A stretch of 64,000 nucleotides of DNA. It comes from Bdellovibrionales bacterium. Its GTDB lineage: Bacteria; Bdellovibrionota; Bdellovibrionia; Bdellovibrionales; UBA1609. Position 1 is the first letter of the stretch. Each line of letters begins with the position of its first letter. Where the stretch lies: NCBI GenBank assembly GCA_965261545.1, contig CBDHDF010000011.1, positions 576,001-640,000 of the forward strand. The letters are read 5' to 3'. The translations under genes and the position numbers were made by a program. Below are positions 29,248 through 39,337 of this stretch, one piece after another. The notes beneath the pieces are model-generated. The model saw only the letters and a list, made by a program, of their open reading frames with translations, had not been told where the DNA came from and did no database searches.

Positions 29248-30237
29248 ATGAGAAAGAAAGTAGGAACTTTGCAGGCCATAGCTATTTTTGCTCTATGGGT
29301 ATGGTTTTTGGGGGTATGGTTCCTGGCGTTTTCTTGGACGCCTTGGAGTCACAACCAAGTGGCATGGGCTGAAGAAGAGGATGTCGCCGCCGTTCATACT
29401 CATGCCAAAGAAGAGGATGCTCAGCAGCCTACAGCCTTAAGAATTCCGCATACAGGAGGGGGAAACCCTTGGATTGGCTACGATCCACGTGTGGTGAGAA
29501 ATAACAACAAGGCCGTAAAAAAATTGGAAAATATCCTAGAGGAATTAGATAAAAAAGAAAGTCCTAAGGCTCCCCTTAACTTTTCGAAGTCCCTTGAAAA
29601 GGAAGATCTTCACGCCCTTATTCAAAAGGATGCCTATGAGGCTTACAAATACTTATTAAGGGCCTTGGAAAAGGAAAATTTTGATCCCAGTTTGTATTTA
29701 AATTTGGGTTTGGCTTTCGAACTCAATGGTGAGTGGGAGAAAGCCTTTCTCGCCTATGAAAAGGCTCACAAGTACTCCAAGGAGAGCCCCAAAACAGATT
29801 TCTTGTCTCTTTACAATTCTGCAAGAATTCGAGGGCACCAAGGGCGAGTGGATGAGGCTCTACACATTTACCAAAAGGCTCTAGAGATTATACCTCAATC
29901 CATTGAAGTAAAAACCAACATTGAATTGCTGACATCACAACCACCACCAAAGCCCCAGGGGAGTCAAGGTTCCAAAAATCAAAAATCACAAAGTGATAAG
30001 GGCGAGAAAGACCATCAGCAAGAGCCAAAGGATGAATCGGAGGAATCTCAAAAAGAAGCCAATAAGAAGGAGGGGCCCATTCAAAATGGCAAAGAAACCC
30101 CTCGCACCTTTGAAGGTCGTGAACTTTCAGAGGATGACGTGAGAAAGATATTGGAAGAAATAAAGAATCAAGAGCAAAAAATTCGAGCCAAAGAAAGTAA
30201 GCCCATCAAGGAGAAATCACGTGCTAAAGATTGGTAA
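29248..30237 (+). CDS. batC: TPR protein BatC-like
   Basis: TPR repeats, charged Q/E/K linker, C-terminal KDW; GAGGAG RBS before ATG 29248. Confidence 0.8.
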   Translation: MRKKVGTLQAIAIFALWVWFLGVWFLAFSWTPWSHNQVAWAEEEDVAAVHTHAKEEDAQQPTALRIPHTGGGNPWIGYDPRVVRNNNKAVKKLENILEELDKKESPKAPLNFSKSLEKEDLHALIQKDAYEAYKYLLRALEKENFDPSLYLNLGLAFELNGEWEKAFLAYEKAHKYSKESPKTDFLSLYNSARIRGHQGRVDEALHIYQKALEIIPQSIEVKTNIELLTSQPPPKPQGSQGSKNQKSQSDKGEKDHQQEPKDESEESQKEANKKEGPIQNGKETPRTFEGRELSEDDVRKILEEIKNQEQKIRAKESKPIKEKSRAKDW

Positions 30238-32317
30238 TGGGAAGCCCTATTTTCTTTATGCCCCCTGCGATGTATGTGATACATTTTATACATTCTTGAA
30301 ATGTTTCCCTATGATCTTTCTTATGGGAAAGTTATCGCTGGGGGCTTGGGGGGCTATACTTTTGGGACTCGCAACCACCGAGGTGATTCAAGCCCAAACA
30401 AGCTCTGGAGAAGAGGAGCAAAACAAAGTCCATGTCATAGCTTCGGTGGATGGCAACTCCGTCACTCAAGGGCAAACATTTACACTTTCTGTCAGGGTGA
30501 CCTCCAATGGGTCCGTGAGTATCAAGGAACCCAAATTGCCCCACTTAGGTGTCTTTGATTTTTTGAGCCAATCGACGAGTTCACAATTTCAAAGCTCCTT
30601 TGGTAGTGGAGGTATGCAGACGAAGAGAACAAAAATTTTTCACTACACCCTTCTTCCCAAGAAAATTGGCTCACATGTCATAGGCTCCATTGAAGTTGTG
30701 GTTTCAGGAAGGGCTTATACCACGGACTCTATAACTCTCAAGGTCGAGTCTCCAGGCTCCACCAGTTCTCAGCAACAAGGAGGTCACCCCCAAGGTCGCC
30801 CCCGGCAGGGGGGGAGGCAGGGTCATGGTCATGGGACTCAAGGTTTTCCCCAGAGAATTCCCGATCCCTTTGGCCAAATGGATGATATGTTTAATAACTT
30901 CTTTGGAGGTTCCCCGGGACAAAGAACTCCTCCCCAAAATTCTCCAAACTCCCCAACCCCTATTCCACAATCGCCATCTTTGAATACCTCTGGAGAGCCT
31001 CTTTTTCTTGAAGTTCATGTGGACAAAACCAAGGCTTATGTGGGTGAGCAAATCATGGTTTCTTGGTATATCTATACAAGGGGCCATGTACGTGATCTCG
31101 ACACATTAAAACACCCTAGCAATCAAGGTTTTTGGAAAGAAGATATCCACATTGCTCAACGTCTGAAGTTTCAGTCTCAAGTTGTCAATGGGATTCTTTA
31201 TCACAGGGCTCTTCTAGCTTCCTACGCCCTTTTCCCCCTTAAAGAGGGAGAGGCTGTTATTGACTCTTATAAAGTGAAGTGCACCTTCATTTCCAGAAAC
31301 AGCTATGGTTTTCGCCAGCCCACTCAGCTAACTAAATCAAGTGAGCCTGTCACCATTGAAGTGATGCCCTTGCCCCAGGAGAATCGACCTTCCCATTTTT
31401 CAGGAGCCGTGGGGATGTTTCAAGTGCGTTCTGAACTCGATAACTCCAAGGTTTCTACAAACCAGCCGGTTACCCTCAAAATTAAAATCACTGGACGCGG
31501 AAACGCTAAACTTATTGACCTTCCCTCTCTGAATGAAATACCAAAAGAGATCGAAGTTTACGATACAAAAGCAGACTCCAAGTTTTTCAAAAGCGGACAA
31601 GGTTATAAGGAGTTTGAGGTGATCCTCGTTCCACGAAGTTCGGGATCTTTTGTCGTTCCCTCTTTAAGTTTCAACGCCTTTGATCCTGAGGCGGGGAGCT
31701 ATTACCAAAAGAAAACCAACTCTCACATTTTGGAGGTTCTTTTAGGGGAGGATGAGGTCATGCTTTCCTCCAGTAATTTGAATCGTCAAAAAGAAAACCC
31801 TCCCCAACTCCCTGGAGTAATTGCAAGTTGGAAGTCTCAGGGTTGGGACCAGCCATACAAATGGACATTTTGGATCTTGGTTTATATGTTGATTTTTGCC
31901 TTTTTGATCTGGCGATGGAAGGTGGAGTTTGGGCGCACTCAGAAAAAAAAGGACTTGCGTCAGTGGGTCCATATCAAAACCCATGGTGTGGAGGAGTTGG
32001 TGAAAAATGAAAACTGGCGTGAAGTAGGGACAGTTGTGACCAATCTCACCTGCAAAACACTTGGAGAAATCGCTAATTTAGGGGGAGCCAACGTCGAATT
32101 GGAAAAGCTGATTTTAAAGTTGCCCCCAAGTGTACGAAGAGAGCTGGGTGAGGCGATTCAGCGTCAAAACAAAATCTTTGAAGTTCTTAGCTTTGCCCCC
32201 GATGAAATGATGGGTCGTTTAAAAGACCGTGACAATGTTCTCAAGCACCTTTCAGTTCTCAAGGAAAACCTTCTTCAAGCCATTGAATTGGGTTTTGGCT
32301 CTGAGGAGGGTGCTTAG
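30221..32317 (+). CDS. batD: BatD-family protein (start uncertain)
   Basis: Repeated Ig-like BatD domains, YVGEQ, FSGAVGMF, C-terminal TM. Confidence 0.87.
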   Translation: MLKIGNGKPYFLYAPCDVCDTFYTFLKCFPMIFLMGKLSLGAWGAILLGLATTEVIQAQTSSGEEEQNKVHVIASVDGNSVTQGQTFTLSVRVTSNGSVSIKEPKLPHLGVFDFLSQSTSSQFQSSFGSGGMQTKRTKIFHYTLLPKKIGSHVIGSIEVVVSGRAYTTDSITLKVESPGSTSSQQQGGHPQGRPRQGGRQGHGHGTQGFPQRIPDPFGQMDDMFNNFFGGSPGQRTPPQNSPNSPTPIPQSPSLNTSGEPLFLEVHVDKTKAYVGEQIMVSWYIYTRGHVRDLDTLKHPSNQGFWKEDIHIAQRLKFQSQVVNGILYHRALLASYALFPLKEGEAVIDSYKVKCTFISRNSYGFRQPTQLTKSSEPVTIEVMPLPQENRPSHFSGAVGMFQVRSELDNSKVSTNQPVTLKIKITGRGNAKLIDLPSLNEIPKEIEVYDTKADSKFFKSGQGYKEFEVILVPRSSGSFVVPSLSFNAFDPEAGSYYQKKTNSHILEVLLGEDEVMLSSSNLNRQKENPPQLPGVIASWKSQGWDQPYKWTFWILVYMLIFAFLIWRWKVEFGRTQKKKDLRQWVHIKTHGVEELVKNENWREVGTVVTNLTCKTLGEIANLGGANVELEKLILKLPPSVRRELGEAIQRQNKIFEVLSFAPDEMMGRLKDRDNVLKHLSVLKENLLQAIELGFGSEEGA

Positions 32318-32352
32318 CTTCTGTGGTGTGCTGGCCCTTTGAGGTGCTTTAC

Positions 32353-33732
32353 TCATAGGTTAAGAAGCTTGTATTCTTCATCTAAAAATCCTGAGAAATG
32401 ACCTTTAAATAGATTCTGATCGATCACTTTTATGGATTTTTTAAGGGTGATAAAGGTGTCATTGGATGTAATATTTTTTAGGTGCTCAAAAAAGAGTTGG
32501 TAAGCTATTTCTCGTTCTTCCTTCCCCCCTCGCTGAAGAGCCTTTTGAAATACTCCATACCATATGGTGCTATAGATAGCGCCCATGGCATGAATTTCTC
32601 CTTTTTTTGGGGAGCAGGCATTAAATAAATCTTGTGCCGTGATTTTTTGCTTCTTAATTTCTTTAGCACTTCGAGGGGCTTCGCAGCTCCTGAAGCCTTG
32701 AGTGTTGTTGTAAAAGACTTCGCCAATGGCGGTGAAATCAGGGAAGATAAGGATGGACATGATATCTCCCACCCCTTCATGAATGGCTCTTGGGCTTCCA
32801 TTTATAGACCGAGAGCACATGCTTGTTCCACATTTTCTGTCTAAGTTTCCCGAAGAGAGGGAGGAGGAGGTGGAGTGGTCTAAGATAGCATGGCCGGCTT
32901 CATGGAGAACGATGCTTGCATCTAAGCCCAGGGGAATATAGGTAGAACCTCCTTGGTCATCGGTGCCTAAAGCCTTGGAAAGGCCAAAGGCCATAAAGTT
33001 CCGACTTTTTACCCAAAAGGCATTGCTGAAAATGGAGATTTTCTCAGATTTTTTAGAAAAGGCGACAAAGGGGAGCACCGAAATACTCTTATCCTTTGGG
33101 TGCCATTGCCCCGTAAGTTTTTGGACTCGTTTCGATAAATGGTTGAGCCAGAAAAAGGCGTGAATATCGACCAGACTCATGTTGATGTCATTGTGAAATG
33201 CATACTTCCAATCGTCATGAAGATTCTTCTTTAAGGGTTCTTCAGAGCTACCGACTTTTGAATAATCCACAGAAAAGAACTGGCTTTTCAGTTGGTCTCC
33301 TGGGATCCGTACAGCATATGTTTGAATGTTTGAAACATCGTTAATCCCTATTAAAGTTTGACTTTTGTCATTCAATATTGCTCCAGCATTCACCAAGGGA
33401 ATTTCTTGAGGGTGAAGTGGTCTTCCTTGGTGAGCAATGGGGTTTTTTTCAAATATACAGGCGTTGGCAAACTCTGTGGTTGTTTTCAAACAATTCTCCA
33501 CTCTTTGGCCTCGTCCAAAAGGCATCAACGGGATATCTTTTGGATCCATCGGTTCCTCTCTTCTCTCCTCTTTTTTCTCCTCCCCTCTCTGCTCTGAGGA
33601 AGGATGTCGTCGTGTGGTCATTTTCTTCTTTGGGAAGTTTTTGAGAACATCACAGTTTGTGTAAAAAGTCATAAGAATCAATAGGGAGAGGAGGGATACA
33701 ATAGATCGTTGGATAGTTGCTGGACTCATCAT
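32353..33732 (-). CDS. Putative lipoprotein zinc metallopeptidase (M4/M36-like gluzincin)
   Basis: FYTN-C lipobox-like motif, NAFW, VLHEAGH, AIHEGVGD, GEIH. Confidence 0.7.
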   Translation of the reverse strand: MMSPATIQRSIVSLLSLLILMTFYTNCDVLKNFPKKKMTTRRHPSSEQRGEEKKEERREEPMDPKDIPLMPFGRGQRVENCLKTTTEFANACIFEKNPIAHQGRPLHPQEIPLVNAGAILNDKSQTLIGINDVSNIQTYAVRIPGDQLKSQFFSVDYSKVGSSEEPLKKNLHDDWKYAFHNDINMSLVDIHAFFWLNHLSKRVQKLTGQWHPKDKSISVLPFVAFSKKSEKISIFSNAFWVKSRNFMAFGLSKALGTDDQGGSTYIPLGLDASIVLHEAGHAILDHSTSSSLSSGNLDRKCGTSMCSRSINGSPRAIHEGVGDIMSILIFPDFTAIGEVFYNNTQGFRSCEAPRSAKEIKKQKITAQDLFNACSPKKGEIHAMGAIYSTIWYGVFQKALQRGGKEEREIAYQLFFEHLKNITSNDTFITLKKSIKVIDQNLFKGHFSGFLDEEYKLLNL

Positions 33733-34085
33733 TCTTCTCCCTTTCTCTTTAGTTTTGTCGGTAGATTATGGACAAATCTTGAGAATTAAGGTTTTTAGGA
33801 ACAGGGGTTTCTAGGAGCATAACGACGATTCGCACCTACTTCTTTATCGCCCATTTGATAGTCATGGGTGGAGGAGGTTCTGCCCCCATGGGTGGGCTGT
33901 TGGAGCTTGGTAGGGGGCGACTTGTGTTGAGAGTTGTCTGGCCTTTTTACCTCTTTTTTCTGTGAAGTCTCAATAATAGGGAGGTGAGTTTTCGATAGAA
34001 ATATTATCTGGTTAAATGGAATGAATAAGGATATAAAATAGTTAATGAGATATTAAAAAAGGTTATTTTCCACAAAGAGGTAAAA

Positions 34086-35324
34086 ATGAAAGAAGACAAT
34101 CCACTTGAGATTCTTAACGATCAATTTAACAAGGCTGCAGACTTGATAGGTTTGCGTGAGGACTATAGGGTTTTGATGAAAAAACCCTATCGAGAACTTC
34201 ATGTTCATTTGCCCGTGAGAATGGATAATGGAACTTTGGAAATGTTTCAAGGCTATCGTATTCAACACAATGCTGTGCGAGGTCCTTATAAAGGTGGAAT
34301 TCGTTTTCATCCTGAAGTCGACCGAGACGAGGTTTTAGCCTTGGCAACATTGATGACTTGGAAAACAGCTGTGGTTGATATTCCCTTTGGAGGGGCTAAG
34401 GGTGGCATTTCAGTGGATCCCTCTAAGTTGACTCGCAAGGAGCTTCAATCACTGACACGGAAGTTTACTTCACAAATTCATGCGATTATGGGGCCTTATC
34501 GAGATATTCCCGCACCAGACATGAACACCAACGAGAGAATTATGGCTTGGATTCTCGATGAATATGGCAAAATACATGGTTACACTCCTGCTGTGGTGAC
34601 AGGAAAGCCTGTTTCCTTGGGGGGGAGCTTAGGGAGAAGAGAGGCCACTGGTCGAGGGGTCATGTTTGCTATTATGGAGGCATGTGAAGCCTTTAATATT
34701 CCCACCAAAGATGCTCGTGTGGTCGTTCAGGGCTTTGGTAATGTGGGAAGTTTTGCGGCTCGTTTTCTTCAAGAGCGAGGTTGTCGAGTGATTGCCGTTT
34801 CAGATGTGACGGGAGGTATTTACAGTGGAGGAGGTCTCGATGTGCCCTCACTGGTGAAGCATATGGAGAAACATCGAACATTAAAGGGTGCTGAGGGGAC
34901 AGAACCTTTGACCAATGAGGAACTTCTCTCCCTTGAATGTGATATCTTAATTCCTGCTGCTCTTGGAGGAGTTTTTAATAGCTCCACAGCCTCAAAGGTG
35001 AACTGTAAGTTGGTGGCTGAAGCGGCCAACAACCCCACCACTCTTGAGGGTGACAAGACTTTTTCAGATAAGGGGGTTCATGTGCTTCCCGACATCTACT
35101 GCAATGCTGGTGGTGTGGTTGTGAGTTATTTTGAGTGGATTCAAAACTTACAGCAGTATAAATGGTCCGAGGAGAAGGTCAATGTGGAACTTGATAAAAA
35201 AATGAAGGTGGCCTTTAATCAGATCCTCGAATGTTCTAAAAAGTACAATGTTTCTTTGAGAACGGCGAGCTACACACTGGGAATTCATAGAGTGAATGAG
35301 GCCACAGAGCTTCGGGTGGCTTAA
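34086..35324 (+). CDS. gdhA: Glu/Leu/Phe/Val dehydrogenase (glutamate dehydrogenase)
   Basis: GPYKGGIRF, GGAKGG, DIPAPD, GFGNVG, NAGGVVVSYFEW. Confidence 0.95.
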   Translation: MKEDNPLEILNDQFNKAADLIGLREDYRVLMKKPYRELHVHLPVRMDNGTLEMFQGYRIQHNAVRGPYKGGIRFHPEVDRDEVLALATLMTWKTAVVDIPFGGAKGGISVDPSKLTRKELQSLTRKFTSQIHAIMGPYRDIPAPDMNTNERIMAWILDEYGKIHGYTPAVVTGKPVSLGGSLGRREATGRGVMFAIMEACEAFNIPTKDARVVVQGFGNVGSFAARFLQERGCRVIAVSDVTGGIYSGGGLDVPSLVKHMEKHRTLKGAEGTEPLTNEELLSLECDILIPAALGGVFNSSTASKVNCKLVAEAANNPTTLEGDKTFSDKGVHVLPDIYCNAGGVVVSYFEWIQNLQQYKWSEEKVNVELDKKMKVAFNQILECSKKYNVSLRTASYTLGIHRVNEATELRVA

Positions 35325-35331
35325 AGGACTG

Positions 35332-35667
35332 TTAGCCGGGGGGCCACTGAAGCTGGCGTCCACCAAGAATGTGAATGTGAAGATGGAAAATCTCTTGTCC
35401 CCCGTGGGCATTGGTATTGATGACCAATCGATAGCCTTCTTGGAGGCCTTGGTCATTTGCAATCTCTGAGGCTTTCCACATGAGGTGGCCTAGGGTGAGT
35501 TGATTTTCCTTTGTGACAGCTTCCATGGAGGGGATTTCTTTTTTAGGAATAAGTAAGATGTGAGTGGGTGCCTGGGGTTGGATATCTCGGAAGGCTAAAC
35601 ATTGATCGTCTTCGTAGACGATGTCAGCGGGAATTTCTCTGCTAATAATTTTCGTAAATAGGGTCAT
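35332..35667 (-). CDS. Histidine triad nucleotide-binding protein (HINT)
   Basis: HLHIHILGGR, C-terminal WPPG. Confidence 0.95.
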   Translation of the reverse strand: MTLFTKIISREIPADIVYEDDQCLAFRDIQPQAPTHILLIPKKEIPSMEAVTKENQLTLGHLMWKASEIANDQGLQEGYRLVINTNAHGGQEIFHLHIHILGGRQLQWPPG

Positions 35668-35807
35668 GGGGTTTCCTTGTACGCCTTGGTTCGTTCTGGT
35701 GAGTTTCTTATTCGTTCATTGCTTTTCAAATGTTTTTCAAAATTCGGCGTTATTTTAATTCATTCTGGACTCTTGGTTCTGGCTGAGCCAGATGAGCAAC
35801 AAACTCG

Positions 35808-36977
35808 CTAGAAAATGGATCTATCTTGATTCTCCTTAGCCATAGCAAGGATTTTCTGGGTTGCGATTTTAGTTTCTTCGGGGGAGGTGAAGCGCCCTAT
35901 GCCAATGCGGATGGTGGCTCGTGCGAGGGAATCATCGTGACCAATGGCCTTGAGGACATGGCTTGGATGGGTAGCTCCCTCACTGCATGCAGAGCCAGAG
36001 CTACAGGCTAGGCCCTTGAGTCCAAGGGCAAAGATATCTGAAGAGAGGCTGGCAAAAGAAAAGGACGCATTGTTACTCAATCGCTCCTTGGGGTGGCCAT
36101 TGAGGTAGGATGTGGGGATTCCTTGAAGCACAGATGTGATGAGTTGGTTTCGAAGTTGCGAGAGTCTTTGGGTTTCTTCATCCATGTGGATATGACAGAG
36201 TTCACAGGCTTTTCCAAGTCCGACAATGCCTGGGGTGTTGAGGGTTCCTGGTCGAAGCCCTTCCTCTTGAGTTCCTCCAAACATGAGGGGCTTTAGGTGT
36301 ATTTTTTGAGGCTTTTGGCGAACATAAAGGGCTCCGACTCCCTTGGGTCCATATATTTTGTGGCCCGAGATAGAAAGCAAGTCGATATTCATATCCTCCA
36401 CATCTATGTGTATGTTGCCCATGGCTTGGGCGGCGTCGGTGTGAAAGGCAATGCCATGGGAGTGGGTGAGCTCACCTATTCTTTGAATGGGGTTGATGGA
36501 GCCAATTTCATTGTTGGCACTCATAATGGAAACCAGCTTTGTATGGGGGCGAATGGCTTCTTTGAGAGTGTCGATCTCCACCTGCCCATATTTGTTGACG
36601 TCTAAAAAATCTACTTCCACAGGCCAGTGGTGAGATATCCATTGGCAGACTTCTAAAACGGCTTTGTGTTCCACCTTGGAGGTTAGAATATGAATTTTTT
36701 CTTTCTGGTCCACAAAGGGGCGAATAAAGCCTATAAGAGCGATATTATTGCTCTCGGTGGCACCACTGGTCCAAAAAATACTCTTTGGGTGGGCCCCAAT
36801 TTTTTGAGCCACTTGTTGGCGAGCTTTTGTGACGGCGGCTTGAGCGGCCCATCCATAGGAATGAGTTGTACTTGAAGCGTTCCCAAACTCGGTTTCCAAA
36901 TAGGGCTTCATGGCTTGTAAAACCTCTGGATCCAAGGGTGTGGTTGCATTATAGTCTAAGTAGATGGGTCTTTTCAT
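35808..36977 (-). CDS. iscS: Cysteine desulfurase (IscS/NifS class)
   Basis: IYLDYNATTP, HTDAAQ, SGHKIYGPKG, SSGSAC. Confidence 0.9.
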   Translation of the reverse strand: MKRPIYLDYNATTPLDPEVLQAMKPYLETEFGNASSTTHSYGWAAQAAVTKARQQVAQKIGAHPKSIFWTSGATESNNIALIGFIRPFVDQKEKIHILTSKVEHKAVLEVCQWISHHWPVEVDFLDVNKYGQVEIDTLKEAIRPHTKLVSIMSANNEIGSINPIQRIGELTHSHGIAFHTDAAQAMGNIHIDVEDMNIDLLSISGHKIYGPKGVGALYVRQKPQKIHLKPLMFGGTQEEGLRPGTLNTPGIVGLGKACELCHIHMDEETQRLSQLRNQLITSVLQGIPTSYLNGHPKERLSNNASFSFASLSSDIFALGLKGLACSSGSACSEGATHPSHVLKAIGHDDSLARATIRIGIGRFTSPEETKIATQKILAMAKENQDRSIF

Positions 36978-37051
36978 ATGAGAGCCCTCACTTGCCCTAA
37001 GGTGGCTCCTTTCATATAAGCCCCTCGCTGTCTAAAGTGGTCTCTTTCATA

Positions 37052-38245
37052 TTAGAACCCATGCTTAGCTAAATCCTTGGTGATATTTTTTTGATGAGCT
37101 TCAAGGGTGCCTCCACCAATTTCAATAAGCTTGGCATCTCGCCAGAGTCTTTCTACCACATATTCCCCCACATAACCATAGCCCCCTAGAACTTGAATGG
37201 CCCGATCGGCAATGGTTTTGGCCATGGTGGCGGCCACCAATTTGACACCATCTGAGTGGAGTCGCTGGCCTGACTGTTGGAGGTTCATTCGGCGAGCTGT
37301 TTCATAGGTGTAGCAACGGGCGGCCTGGTACTCGGCATAACTTTCTCCAATCATTTTTTGAATTTGCCCAAAAGATGACAGGGGTTGGTGAAAGGCTCTA
37401 CGCTCTTGGGCATATCGATTCATGACTTGAAGGCAACGCTTGGCTATTCCAAGGCTTTGTGCGGCAAGGGTGATTCGTTCAATTTCTAAGTTTCTCATCA
37501 TATGAGTGATGGAGGCTCCTTCGTGGCCAATGAGTTGGGAGCCAGGAATATGACAATCTTCGAAGACAAGTTCGGCGGTGTTGGAGGCTCGCATACCAAG
37601 TTTATCCTGAATTTTTTGTCCCACGCTGTATCCAAGATCACTTCTTAAAACCACAAATGTGGAAAGGCTGGGGCGTCCTTTGGATTCCCCCGTGACAGCG
37701 TAGACCCAAGCAAGGTCTGCGGGGGTGCTCTTTTCGTCGATGGAGCCATTGGTGATCCACATTTTACGGCCATCCAGTGTGTAGCCCTTAGGATTTGATT
37801 TTGCCCTTGTTTTCATACCTAGGACGTCTGTGCCCACATGGGGTTCAGACATGGCCATGCAGCCGACCCACTCACCAGAGCAGAGTTTCGGGAGCCAAGC
37901 TTTTTTCTGTTCTTCACTTCCATTGAGGTTGATATTGTTAACACAGAGCATTGAATGGGCGAGGTAGGCCAGTGTGAAACCTGGATCTGAGGTTGAAAGT
38001 TCTTCGTGGGCGATAATAGCTGCTGTGGCATCCATACCGGCTCCACCGTATTTTTCGTCCACGGTGATGCCTAGGAGTCCAAGGTCTCCCAGCTTTCTAA
38101 ACAGTTTTAGGTTAAATTTTTCTTGGCGATCGTGTTCTTGGGCTTGGGGCTCCACCTCGGTGGTGACAAATTCAGTCACCATTTGGCGAAGCATTTTATG
38201 TTCTTCGGTGGGGTTAAATAAATCGTAGCTTTTAAAAGTTGACAT
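37052..38245 (-). CDS. Acyl-CoA dehydrogenase (isovaleryl-CoA dehydrogenase-like)
   Basis: AMSEPHVGTD, KMWITNG, KLGMRAS, LGGYGY, EIGGGT. Confidence 0.9.
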   Translation of the reverse strand: MSTFKSYDLFNPTEEHKMLRQMVTEFVTTEVEPQAQEHDRQEKFNLKLFRKLGDLGLLGITVDEKYGGAGMDATAAIIAHEELSTSDPGFTLAYLAHSMLCVNNINLNGSEEQKKAWLPKLCSGEWVGCMAMSEPHVGTDVLGMKTRAKSNPKGYTLDGRKMWITNGSIDEKSTPADLAWVYAVTGESKGRPSLSTFVVLRSDLGYSVGQKIQDKLGMRASNTAELVFEDCHIPGSQLIGHEGASITHMMRNLEIERITLAAQSLGIAKRCLQVMNRYAQERRAFHQPLSSFGQIQKMIGESYAEYQAARCYTYETARRMNLQQSGQRLHSDGVKLVAATMAKTIADRAIQVLGGYGYVGEYVVERLWRDAKLIEIGGGTLEAHQKNITKDLAKHGF

Positions 38246-38342
38246 ATTTGTCTATCCTTTCTTATAGATCCTTATAGATGACGCTATAGATGGCGCTGAG
38301 AAACAGCGTTAAAAAATAGCATGATAGATTTGGAGAAAGCTA

Positions 38343-39293
38343 TTGTTTTTTGAAGGAGCCGAAAAAAAGCTTGAAATGGTGATATCTTCCTCTGTAGGTG
38401 ATCTTCGAGGGAAGGACTGGCCTGTCATGGTCACCAAGGTAGGAGCCCAGATCCTTTCAAAAATGACTTCGCCAGACTGTGATGCTTATCTTCTTTCTGA
38501 GTCCAGCCTTTTTGTTTGGAAGAATCGGTTGACCATGATTACTTGTGGGCAAACGACGCTTGTGGATGTGGCCATTGATTTGTTTGAAGAGTACGGTGAG
38601 AATCAAGTTGAACTTTTTATTTTTGAAAGAAAAAATGAGTCTTTTCCCTACTATCAAAAATCAGACATATTTAAAGATTTAAAGCGGTTGTATAAGCACA
38701 TGCCCGGAAAGGCCTATCGCTTTGGTGATACCAACGAGCATCATCTATTTTTATTTCACTTAGATAAAGCCTTTGAGCCCCAGAGTTCTGATCAAACTCT
38801 TGAGGTGCTTATGTATGAGATTCAAGGGGAGGCCCGCAGGGTTTTTACAGAGGTGCCTCACTGTGGGGAGGGAGTGCATAAATTATTGGGTGTGGAGGGA
38901 GGTTTCTTTACAAGGGGTGCCTTTGAGGGTTTTCAGTTAGATAGCCACCTTTTCAAACCCATGGGGTACTCTTGCAATGCTCTCAAGGGGGAGGAGTACT
39001 TCGCCATCCATGTAACTCCCCAACTTTTCAGTCCCTATGTGAGCTTTGAGACAAATATGGTTCCGAGAAGGGAGGATGCCATTGGTTATGTCATTAACCT
39101 TTTCCAGCCAAAATCTTTTGATGTTGTCGACTTTAGGCCCTCCCTAGCCCCTCTTTGTGAGATGTTAGGATATCAAATAATAAATAATGTGTGTCAGCGG
39201 GTGAGTTGTGGTTACGAGGTTTGTTTTGCCAGCTATTATCAGCCTCCGCCATCGCCAAAGGCAGCTTTGTTGATTGAGGCGAGTGATATGTAG
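38343..39293 (+). CDS. speD: S-adenosylmethionine decarboxylase proenzyme, eukaryote-type
   Basis: FEGAEKKLE, YLLSE|SSLFV autocleavage site, TCG, GYSCN, HVTP, YVSFET; upstream of speE. Confidence 0.88.
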   Translation: MFFEGAEKKLEMVISSSVGDLRGKDWPVMVTKVGAQILSKMTSPDCDAYLLSESSLFVWKNRLTMITCGQTTLVDVAIDLFEEYGENQVELFIFERKNESFPYYQKSDIFKDLKRLYKHMPGKAYRFGDTNEHHLFLFHLDKAFEPQSSDQTLEVLMYEIQGEARRVFTEVPHCGEGVHKLLGVEGGFFTRGAFEGFQLDSHLFKPMGYSCNALKGEEYFAIHVTPQLFSPYVSFETNMVPRREDAIGYVINLFQPKSFDVVDFRPSLAPLCEMLGYQIINNVCQRVSCGYEVCFASYYQPPPSPKAALLIEASDM

Positions 39294-39337
39294 GAGATAG
39301 AAAAGTAAATTTATTAAGAGGCGAGGAAGTTGAGCTT

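Noticed and set aside
33820..33920. GTGCGAATCGT on the minus strand resembling a group II intron 5' end
   Set aside because: Only a short motif, with no recognisable domain I or RT sequence following
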